From positions 147,304-171,303 of the forward strand of contig CAWKIM010000014.1 in the NCBI GenBank assembly GCA_963849745.1: a DNA stretch of 24,000 nt, in the 5' to 3' direction. Every line of letters begins with the position of its first letter. Position 1 is the stretch's first letter. A program made the translations under genes and the position numbers. Under the pieces are notes generated by a model. It did no database searches. It worked only from the letters and a program-made list of their open reading frames with translations, and had not been told where the DNA came from. This stretch comes from an uncultured Rubrobacteraceae bacterium. Lineage in GTDB: Bacteria; Actinomycetota; Rubrobacteria; Rubrobacterales; Rubrobacteraceae. Below, piece after piece: positions 6,581 through 13,918 of this stretch.

Positions 6581-7912
6581 ATGCACCGCAGAAGGCTTTA
6601 CCCCAGAAGCATGAGTGGCAAGGCGACCTATCCCCAGCGGCGCTACACGCGTCGGGACTTTTTGCGCGTCGCCGCATCAGGCGCAGCAGCGACGGCTTGC
6701 GGAGGATTGTTTACCGCGTGCGGTGACCCGAACCTTGCCGGTAAGATTCGGGTTACCCCCAGCACCGTCAGGGCCGACGAACCGTTCGCCATTACGCTGA
6801 AGGATCTTTCACCCTGGCAACGCGTAACCCTGCGCGCGCGGTTCGTCGACGCCTACGACGTGGAGTGGAGGTCGATGGCCGTGTTTCGGGCCGACGTCCT
6901 GGGGACGGTGGATGTCTCCAGGCAACCCCCGGTAGAAGGCAGCTACACGGGGACGGACCCGATGGGCCTCGTGTGGTCGGCCTACGGTAGTGGGACCTCT
7001 TACGCCATCTCTTTGCGTCCACAGCCCCTGTTTATCACCGCGGAGACGGGCGGGGAGACAGCTCACGTCGAAGTCTCCAGGACCCTGCTTACCGACGAGA
7101 TTGCCGGCACCAACGTCCGAGAGCGCGGGCTCTACGGCAGGTTCTTCCGGCCCGCTACCGGTGGGCCCGTACCTGGCGTCCTGGTGATTGGCGGATCCGA
7201 TGGAGGATTGGCTCCCTACGCAATGCGGGAGGCGGCGCTCCTGGCGAGCCACGGGTTCGCCGCGCTTGCGCTCGCTTACTTCTACATGGGTTCGCTACCG
7301 TACAGGCTCGCAAGAATCCCTCTCGAGTACTTCGGGGACGCCATAGGTTGGTTGCAGGACCACCCGTCGGTGCGTGGCGACAGGCTCGGGGTAATCGGCA
7401 CCTCGCGCGGTGGGGAGCTGGCCCTGCTCCTCGGGGCGCACTACCCCGATCTCCAGGCCGTTGTGAGCTACGTCGGAAGCGGACTCGTGTTCCCGTCTCC
7501 GACGGGTCCCGAACCGGCGTGGACCTTCCGCGGCAAACCGCTACCCTGGATCCCCAACCCCTTCGATATCTTGCAGGCGAAGCCGGACCAGTTCGAAAGA
7601 GCCGTGATACCCGTCGAACGCACCAACGGTCCCGTCCTCCTCATCTCCGGCGATGCCGACCAGGTGTGGCCCTCCACCCAGCTCTCACAGGTCGCTATGG
7701 AGCGTCTCGGACGCTACGAACGGCCCTACAACGACGAGTTTCGTCACTACCCCGACGCCGGGCACGGGATCCAGCCCCCCTACCTCCCGACCACCCCAGG
7801 AACCTACTATAACGGCGGAAATCTCGGGGGCAACGCCGCTGCCAACGAGGATTCCTGGCAACGCGTGCTCGACATGCTCGATAGACGTCTACGGCGTACC
7901 GGCGATCCGTAG
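6581..7912 (+). CDS. Acyl-CoA thioesterase/BAAT-family alpha/beta hydrolase with a Tat-type lipoprotein signal
   Basis: The N-terminal region has the twin-arginine motif TRRDFLRVAASGAAATACGGLFTACGD with lipobox-like Cys residues. A BAAT N-terminal-like beta domain follows (VTLRARFVD...WRSMAVFRAD). The hydrolase core has GTSRGGE (GxSxG), GDADQVWP and DAGHG. The start is ambiguous between ATG 6581 and ATG 6611. Confidence 0.8.
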   Translation: MHRRRLYPRSMSGKATYPQRRYTRRDFLRVAASGAAATACGGLFTACGDPNLAGKIRVTPSTVRADEPFAITLKDLSPWQRVTLRARFVDAYDVEWRSMAVFRADVLGTVDVSRQPPVEGSYTGTDPMGLVWSAYGSGTSYAISLRPQPLFITAETGGETAHVEVSRTLLTDEIAGTNVRERGLYGRFFRPATGGPVPGVLVIGGSDGGLAPYAMREAALLASHGFAALALAYFYMGSLPYRLARIPLEYFGDAIGWLQDHPSVRGDRLGVIGTSRGGELALLLGAHYPDLQAVVSYVGSGLVFPSPTGPEPAWTFRGKPLPWIPNPFDILQAKPDQFERAVIPVERTNGPVLLISGDADQVWPSTQLSQVAMERLGRYERPYNDEFRHYPDAGHGIQPPYLPTTPGTYYNGGNLGGNAAANEDSWQRVLDMLDRRLRRTGDP

Positions 7913-8197
7913 ACCCGCAGCGGTATGTATCGCCTTCGAATGGCCTTTCACGGGTCGGCGCTGGATGCCGCACCAGGGCGCTTTGCCTTCGGCCCCGCAC
8001 GGACGTTATCGAGGATTGCGGCCACCTGAGTAGCAGGCCGTGACAGCGCTGTTACTCTACTGGTTGCAGGACGGGTAGGTTATTCGAGCCAGAAGGGGTA
8101 CGGCAACGGCTTTGAGAGAACGTACAGAGCGACTCGTGGACTCGGCGGAGGCCAGGGTAGTGACAGCCGTCAAAGGCGGGCGGATGTGGAGAGTGCA

Positions 8198-9657
8198 ATG
8201 ACGCGTCCTTTCGAGCCTGACGCCCCGATAGGCGCGGAGGAATATCTGGCCTCCCAGGCACCCGCACTGGAGGTTACCGACGCCCTGGGGAAGATCCGGG
8301 AGCGGGTACTCGCAAGCGGCTGGCGCGTGATCGTGCTGGACGACGATCCCACGGGCACCCAGACCGTGCACGACGTCCCCGTCCTCACCGCGTGGTCGTA
8401 CTCGGAGCTTCGCTGGGCGCTGGAGCAGCCCAACCCGGTCGTGTACGTCCTGACGAACTCGCGCAGCCTCGACGAGCCCGATGCCGCCGCGTTGAACGAG
8501 AAGATCGGGCGTCGCCTGAGACGCGCGGCCTCCGATTCGGACACCCGGTTCGTCGTCGTGAGCCGAAGCGATTCGACCCTGCGGGGGCATTACCCGGCCG
8601 AGACCGACACGCTTCAAAGGGAGCTGGGAGTAGACTTCGACGGCGTCATCGTCTGTCCGTGCTTTTTCGAGGCGGGCCGCGTGACCCTCGACGACGTGCA
8701 GTGGGTGAGGCAAGGCGGAGAGCTGGTCCCCGCGGCCCTCACCGAATTCGAGACCGATTCAACCTTCGGCTACTCGTCCTCGAACCTCGCCCGCTGGATC
8801 GAGGAGAAGACGGGTGGCAGGACCCCCGCAGAGAGCGTGCTACGTATCGGCATCGCGGATATCAGGGAGGGTGGCCCGGAAAGGATCACAGCCCTGCTCA
8901 GGAGCGCCAGGGACGGGCAACCCATCGTGGTCAACGCCGCCGAATACGCGGACCTCGAGGTCTTCGTGCTGGGGCTGCTCGAAGCGGAAGCGACCGGCAA
9001 GTCTTTCCTGTACCGTACCGGGCCTTCGTTCGTGCGAGCGAGGGGCGGCATCCCCGAGAGACCACCGCTAGAGGCGCGAGACCTCTACCACGCAAACACC
9101 GGTAGAGGTCACGGTCTCGTCCTCGTTGGCTCGCACGTGCACCAGACGACCCGGCAGCTACGAGCGGCAAAGAAGCTGGACGGGCTGCGCACCGTGGAGT
9201 TGTCCGTGACCCGGATACTCGATCCCGAGGGGAGGACGGGGAGCTAGACCGGGTAGTCGATCTAGTCAACGAGATGCTCACCAGGTCCGACGTGGTCGTG
9301 TATACGAGCCGCGAAGTCGTACACGCCTCCCAAGACCTCTCTGGGCTCGAGGTCGGGAGCGCCGTCTCTGCCGCGCTGGTGGATGTGATGCGGAGCGTGG
9401 ACCGGGAGCTAGAGCTGGGGTTCGTGGTGGCGAAAGGCGGCATAACTTCGAGCGATGTGGTCACCGAGGGCCTGGGCGTGCGGCGTGCGGAGGTCGCCGG
9501 CCAGATGCTGCCGGGGATTGTATCGGCCTGGATCCTGCCCGAAGACAGTGACTACCCCGGGCTGCCTTACGTGGTCTTCCCCGGCAACGTCGGAGACGAG
9601 GACGCGCTCGCGCAGGTGATACAGAAGCTACGTGTGGGGTCAGCCCGGGAAACGTAA
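8198..9657 (+). pseudogene. Four-carbon acid sugar kinase family gene (YgbK/OtnK/DtnK, DUF1537) split by a frameshift
   Basis: The N-terminal piece is 8198..9247 (the track gives 8186; ATG 8198 lies 6 nt after GGAG). It has VIVLDDDPTGTQTVHD, typical of the family N-domain. The C-terminal piece is 9274..9657 in another frame. It has VVAKGGITSSDVVTEGLGV...PGNVGDEDAL, the nucleotide-binding C-domain. The second frame stays open upstream back to at least about 9150, through the first piece's stop at 9245-9247. The join falls at two GGGG runs (9229-9232 and 9238-9241). Confidence 0.75.
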
Positions 9658-9736
9658 CTGGCCGCCTTCCCGATCTTAGGTGACCTGATCGAGGACGTCG
9701 TATGAACCCCCAACGACCCAGGCGGCTACCGCGTCG

Positions 9737-9808
9737 CTACGCGAATGAGATGTAGATAGCGACCGCCACGGCAGTCAGGACCACGCTGAGGATAAGTAGC
9801 TCTCTCAA
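9737..9808 (-). CDS. Candidate 23-aa hydrophobic small protein just downstream of the ABC exporter
   Basis: TTG at 9808 lies 5 nt after AGGGGGTG, and that SD-like sequence directly follows the ABC gene TAG (9822-9824). The translation is MRELLILSVVLTAVAVAIYISFA, a single predicted TM helix. It falls below the ORF-track length cutoff. Confidence 0.3.
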   Translation of the reverse strand: MRELLILSVVLTAVAVAIYISFA

Positions 9809-9821
9809 GGGTTCACCCCCT

Positions 9822-11657
9822 CTACGGCTGCACGGGATCGCGCTCTTGCAGGGAGTAGAGCCTCGCGTAGAGACCGTCCGAGGAGATCAGGTCTTCGTGG
9901 GTGCCCGTCTCGGCGACGCTGCCGTCTTCGATCACGAAGATCGAATCTACGCTCCTGACCAGCCTGAGCTCGTGGGCGATCACGAAGGTGGTGCGCCCTT
10001 CTGTAAGAATCCTCCAACTCTCCTCTACTGCAGAGGCGGCCTCGGCGTCAAGCCCGGCCTGGGGTTCGTCGAGGATCAGGATAGGAGTATCCCTGAGCAT
10101 GGCCCGCGCGATGGAGATGCGCTGCCTCTGCCCACCGCTCAGACTCTCGCCGCGCTCGGAGAGCACGGTGTCGTAGCCTTCCGGCAGCTCCCGGATAAAC
10201 TCGTCTGCCCCCGCTAGTTCGGCTATGGCTTCGATCTCCTCCCTGCCCGCCCCTGGCCGCCCGTAGGCAATGTTCTCGGCGACCGTCGCCCTGAAGAGCA
10301 GGGGGTCCTGCGGCACGAAGGTCACGGAGTCGCGCAAGGACTTGAGGGTGAAGTCCTTTACGTCTTCCCCGTCGATGAGGACCCTTCCCTCCTGCGGGTC
10401 GTAGAGGCGGGCGATCAGGCTGGTGACAGTGGTCTTGCCCGCGCCGCTCACCCCGACGAGCGCGACCCGGCTCCCCGCTTCGACGTCGAAGTCCACGCCC
10501 CGCAGTACCTCTCCAGCCTCGTCCTCATAGGCGAAGCGCACGCCCTCGAAGATCACCCTGCCGTCGAACTCTGGCGCAGGACGGGCTCCTGGCAAATCCT
10601 TCACGGTCGGCTCCGCGTTCAATAGCTCTATTATGCGCTCGCCCGAGACGAGCGACGTACCGATCTGGTTCACCTGCCGGCTCAGGGCCCACAGGGGCGA
10701 AAGAAACAGGGCGAGGTAGGCCACGAAGACGGTAAGGTCGCCCAAGGAGAGGGCGCCGGACAGGACCTGCCTCGCCCCGAAGTAGACCACCAGCGCCGTG
10801 CCGAGGCCTCCGACGATCCCGAGTACGGTGCTGAACTTGGCCTCTATCATCGCGCTGTCCACGCTGGCCTTGAGTGACTCCCTGCTCTCCTTCCTGAAGC
10901 GCCCCATCTCGTCTTCCTCGCGGGCGAAGAGCTTGACGGCCCTAATACCGATTATGGCCTCCTGCATAACGCTGGCGATCGCGCCTTCCCTCGTCCTGAC
11001 TATGCGCATCCGCTGCACGAGCGCCTGCCTGTAGCGCTTGACGGCGAGGAACAGGAAGGGCACGGTCACGAGCGCTAGCAGCGTAAGCTGCCAGTCGAGC
11101 CAGAGCATGACGACCAACATACCGAGCAGGATCATGACCGAGGAGAACACCTCGACCACCGAGTCGACCAGCATGGTGCGTACCTCTTTCACGTCGCTGG
11201 TGACGCGGGTTATGGTGTCCCCCGTGCGCTTCTTGCCGTGGTAGTCGAGCCCGAGGGCGTGGACCTTCGCGTAGAGGGCCTCGCGCATGTCGAAGACGGT
11301 CTCCTGCCCGAGCTTCTGGAGCAGGTAGCGCCTGAATGAGGCGACGCTCCTCGTCACGGTGAAGATCAAAACGATGAGGAATGCTATCCCGGCGAGCAGT
11401 ATCGCCTTGTCCTCTAGGAGAGCAGGCACCGCGTCAGGTAGCGGCTTGTTGTCGGTCAGCACGTAGTCGATGATCAGGGCGAGCGGCCATGGCTGAGCTA
11501 GGCTCGTCACCGTCTCCAATAGCAATACTCCGAGCGCCAGTACAAGCCCGCCCCGGCGAGGCCTCAAGAAAGGCGTAAAGTTGGAAAGTGTCTGCCCTGT
11601 GCGCCTCAGCCCGGCGCGAAGCTCCTTCAATCTTCTCACCCGTATAGGATACCGCAC
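9822..11657 (-). CDS. ABC transporter, fused permease/ATP-binding protein (MsbA-like type I exporter)
   Basis: Six-TM-type N-terminal half. Walker A is GVSGAGKTT, the ABC signature is LSGGQRQRISIARA, and Walker B is ILILDEP. The start is uncertain: GTG 11657 or GTG 11639. Confidence 0.9.
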   Translation of the reverse strand: MRYPIRVRRLKELRAGLRRTGQTLSNFTPFLRPRRGGLVLALGVLLLETVTSLAQPWPLALIIDYVLTDNKPLPDAVPALLEDKAILLAGIAFLIVLIFTVTRSVASFRRYLLQKLGQETVFDMREALYAKVHALGLDYHGKKRTGDTITRVTSDVKEVRTMLVDSVVEVFSSVMILLGMLVVMLWLDWQLTLLALVTVPFLFLAVKRYRQALVQRMRIVRTREGAIASVMQEAIIGIRAVKLFAREEDEMGRFRKESRESLKASVDSAMIEAKFSTVLGIVGGLGTALVVYFGARQVLSGALSLGDLTVFVAYLALFLSPLWALSRQVNQIGTSLVSGERIIELLNAEPTVKDLPGARPAPEFDGRVIFEGVRFAYEDEAGEVLRGVDFDVEAGSRVALVGVSGAGKTTVTSLIARLYDPQEGRVLIDGEDVKDFTLKSLRDSVTFVPQDPLLFRATVAENIAYGRPGAGREEIEAIAELAGADEFIRELPEGYDTVLSERGESLSGGQRQRISIARAMLRDTPILILDEPQAGLDAEAASAVEESWRILTEGRTTFVIAHELRLVRSVDSIFVIEDGSVAETGTHEDLISSDGLYARLYSLQERDPVQP

Positions 11658-11710
11658 CGCCCGCGGGTAGAATGTGCGAGCTTACCCAACCCTAGAGTAC
11701 GGAGGCCAAC

Positions 11711-12103
11711 GTGACGAGACGAGTCCTCGCGACCGTAGAAGACCTTTTGTTCAGGAGCAAGATCTCCGAGACCGCCTCGACGCTCGGCATCGAGGCGGCG
11801 TTCCCCCGGAGCCCAAAGAAGCTGCTCGAGACTCTGCGCAAGACCCCACCCGACCTCCTCATCCTCGACCTCAACTCCGCCCGCTTCGAACCGCTGGCGC
11901 TGTTGCAGACCGTAAAGTCCGAGGAGGCGACACGCGATGTCCCTACGGTCGGCTTTCTCTCCCACGTCCAGAAAGACCTGGCCGTCGCAGCGCGGGAGGC
12001 AGGCTGCGACCGCGTCGTCGCCCGCAGCGCTTTTACCAGGGACCTTCCGCGAATACTCGCCGGCCGCACCCCAGACACCATCGACGAGGCCGGCGTTGGC
12101 TGA
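11711..12103 (+). CDS. Stand-alone CheY-like receiver domain protein (atypical: conserved Lys position is Arg)
   Basis: GGAGG lies 5 nt before GTG at 11711. Receiver landmarks are the acidic pair in VLATVED, the phospho-acceptor-like Asp in DLLILDLN, and Ser in GFLSH. The usual KP position reads VARSAF. A TAGAAT -10-like box is at 11668-11673. Confidence 0.7.
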   Translation: MTRRVLATVEDLLFRSKISETASTLGIEAAFPRSPKKLLETLRKTPPDLLILDLNSARFEPLALLQTVKSEEATRDVPTVGFLSHVQKDLAVAAREAGCDRVVARSAFTRDLPRILAGRTPDTIDEAGVG

Positions 12104-12653
12104 GGGCGGAGGGTGGAAGCGCCTCCGCAGCGAGAGGCTTATGGAGACCCCTTACTTCTCGTTACGCTCAGACCGGCTGCGGCTCCCTGATGGTGGGATC
12201 AAAGACCCCTACTACGTCATCGAACGCCCCGACGCCGCGATTATCTTCCCGCTCACCGCGGGCGGCGAGGTCGTCCTCGTCAACCAGTACCGCCCGCCGC
12301 TCGAAACAATGGAGCTCGGCCTGCCCGCAGGGCTCGTCGAAGCCGGCGAGAGACCGGAGGAAGCGGCCCGCCGCGAGCTCTCCGAGGAGACGGGCTATAC
12401 GGGCGGCGAGTGGGAACAGTTGGGCTCCGTAGCCTCATCCCCCAGCCTCAAGGACAACCGGGCCTATCTCTTCCTGGCCTGCGGCGTCGGGGAGAGCACG
12501 GTGCCCGACCCCGACGAACACGAGCTCGTCGAGGTGGTTCGCGTGCCAGTGGAAGAACTCTTGAACCTCGTCCGTTCGGGTAAGATAGTCAGCTCCAGTG
12601 GGGTTGCGGCCATCATGCTCGCCCTGGAGCGGCTGCGGGAAGACTCGTCATGA
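12096..12653 (+). CDS. NUDIX hydrolase, ADP-ribose pyrophosphatase-like
   Basis: Perfect Nudix box GLVEAGERPEEAARRELSEETGY. The N-terminal WKRLRSERLMETPYFSLRSDRLRLPDG is typical of the ADPRase subfamily. The track ORF (11937) overlaps the receiver gene. I prefer TTG 12096, which overlaps the upstream stop by 8 nt, or ATG 12141. Confidence 0.8.
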   Translation: MAEGGGWKRLRSERLMETPYFSLRSDRLRLPDGGIKDPYYVIERPDAAIIFPLTAGGEVVLVNQYRPPLETMELGLPAGLVEAGERPEEAARRELSEETGYTGGEWEQLGSVASSPSLKDNRAYLFLACGVGESTVPDPDEHELVEVVRVPVEELLNLVRSGKIVSSSGVAAIMLALERLREDSS

Positions 12654-12790
12654 ACCCACCGCTAAAGCGGCAGGCTTGTCCCTGGACGAACCCGAGGATG
12701 CATGAGTAGCACCGCCGGTATCCGAGACGATAGGCACCATGACGGATGCCCTGCTGCGGATGTTGCGCGCAGCGTTGGTATCGGCGTGGG
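12646..12790 (-). ncRNA. Putative omegaRNA (reRNA) scaffold overlapping the tnpB 3' end and right end
   Basis: This is inferred from the known architecture of TnpB elements, where the omegaRNA is encoded by the tnpB 3' end plus the RE. The region contains the RE hairpin, and the tnpB frame continues 36 aa past the last RuvC motif as a low-information tail (VMVPIVSDTGGATHASSGSSRDKPAALAVGS). There is no direct evidence of transcription. Confidence 0.35.
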
Positions 12791-13853
12791 CAACGTGTCC
12801 ACAGCCCTTACAGATAAACTCGGCCTGGCTTCGTCGATTGGCCTTATCGCAGTACCCGCACTCGTTGCAGGCTTGCGAGGTGTAGGCCGGATCGACGCAC
12901 ACGAGCGGGATACCGGCAAGCCGGACTTTGTATTCGAGGAAGCCGCGAAGCTGCCCGAAGGCCCACTTGCCGTGCCGACCACGCTGCGATCTCCTGAGCC
13001 GCTTGCCGGTACGCTGCCGGATGCCTTTGAGATCTTCGAGGGCTACGCCTCGGTCGGACCGTTTCGCCTTATCGACGATGCGCTTGCTGAGAACGTGGTT
13101 CGTGTCGCGCTTGAACCGGCGCTCCTTGCCGGAGAGCTTTTTGAGGTGGCGCTTTGCCGATTTAGTACCCGCCTTTTGCAGCTTTGCGCGGATGCGCTCG
13201 TAGCGCTTGCGCGACTTTTCGACGCGCTCGGAGGTATGGATCTCCCCGTCCGAATCGGAGGCGATGTCGGCCACGCCGAGATCTACGCCGAGCCAGTCCT
13301 CCGGCGTAGCGGGCGGCGGCTCCTCAACCTCAACGGTCGCGAGCAGATACCACTTGCCGCCGCGGTAGACGAGATCGGACTCGCCGCGTCGGGAGGCGAG
13401 CAGTGCGCGGGTGCGCTCGTCGCAAACAAACCCGATGCGCTGTCGGCCCTCGGTGGTCCAGATCGACACCTCGTTAGCTCCGCTGTACCAGCGCAGGATA
13501 CGATCGTCGTAGGCAATCGCACCGAGCGGCCTAAACGTTCGCTTAGTGCGCCTATCGAGCTTGTAGGCATCCGCAACCTTGGCGAGCAAGCGTATCACCA
13601 CCTGCGCGGTAAGACCAAAGCGCTCCTTGATGTCGTGGTAGGCCACCTGCTGAAGCCGGTACTTGTTGGCGTACGTACCCTTGTCCCAGGCAACCCCGGA
13701 GGCGTAATCGCACGCCTCGTTCACGCGGCGCAGCGTCGCCTTTAAGGCCTCGCGCTGAGATCCCGAAGGGAGCAACTTCACCATCACCGTAAGCCTCACT
13801 TTGTCACCATAGTGACGAGTGTACACGACCGCGGAGGTTTTCCCATGAATCAT
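12648..13853 (-). CDS. tnpB: TnpB (IS605 OrfB family) RNA-guided endonuclease
   Basis: The RuvC triad is intact: GVDLGVADIA (D), VALEDLKGI (E) and HADTNAARNI (D). A CNECG...CKGCG zinc finger lies between RuvC-II and RuvC-III. The N-terminal TVMVKLLPSGSQREALKATLRRVNEACDYAS is typical. The true start is probably internal: GTG 13799, or ATG 13784 with GAGG 9 nt upstream. Confidence 0.9.
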   Translation of the reverse strand: MIHGKTSAVVYTRHYGDKVRLTVMVKLLPSGSQREALKATLRRVNEACDYASGVAWDKGTYANKYRLQQVAYHDIKERFGLTAQVVIRLLAKVADAYKLDRRTKRTFRPLGAIAYDDRILRWYSGANEVSIWTTEGRQRIGFVCDERTRALLASRRGESDLVYRGGKWYLLATVEVEEPPPATPEDWLGVDLGVADIASDSDGEIHTSERVEKSRKRYERIRAKLQKAGTKSAKRHLKKLSGKERRFKRDTNHVLSKRIVDKAKRSDRGVALEDLKGIRQRTGKRLRRSQRGRHGKWAFGQLRGFLEYKVRLAGIPLVCVDPAYTSQACNECGYCDKANRRSQAEFICKGCGHVAHADTNAARNIRSRASVMVPIVSDTGGATHASSGSSRDKPAALAVGS

Positions 13854-13918
13854 CTGTCGTGCGGCTCCGATTCCTCCACTCCGCTAAAAGCGGGTGGCTT
13901 CCTCGGAGCAAAAGCTCG

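Larger units (their letters stand above)
12646..13915 (-). mobile_element. Solitary TnpB-only IS200/IS605-family element (IS1341-like); boundaries approximate
   Basis: Similar subterminal hairpins lie in the same orientation at both ends. They are CCACCGCTAAAGCGG (12656-12670) and CCACTCCGCTAAAAGCGGGTGG (13876-13897). They bracket a single tnpB ORF with no Y1 or serine transposase gene. The resulting size of about 1.27 kb fits this element type. Confidence 0.6.

Noticed and set aside
8040-8110. tRNA-like T-arm resemblance (GGTTATTCGAGCC) upstream of the sugar kinase gene
   Set aside because: No acceptor, D or anticodon stems can be drawn around it, so it is not a tRNA.
9221-9250. Programmed ribosomal frameshift in the sugar kinase gene
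   Set aside because: There is no X-XXY-YYZ slippery heptamer and no obvious downstream pseudoknot. A homopolymer indel (mutation or sequencing error) is the simpler explanation.
11674-12432. 252-aa plus-strand ORF, and the 11937 start of the NUDIX ORF
   Set aside because: The 252-aa ORF is an Arg/Pro-rich alternative frame across the receiver and NUDIX genes. The 11937 extension of the NUDIX ORF overlaps the receiver gene and lacks homology-like sequence before WKRLRSERL.
12702-13745. 347-aa plus-strand ORF inside the IS element
   Set aside because: It is antisense to tnpB, whose RuvC and zinc-finger motifs are unambiguous. It has no transposase (Y1 HUH or serine recombinase) motifs, so it is not a hidden TnpA.
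13859-13918. Upstream start (13859) for the GNAT gene
   Set aside because: These 20 codons lie inside the proposed IS left-end hairpin region and add no GNAT-like sequence. GTG 13919 is preferred.
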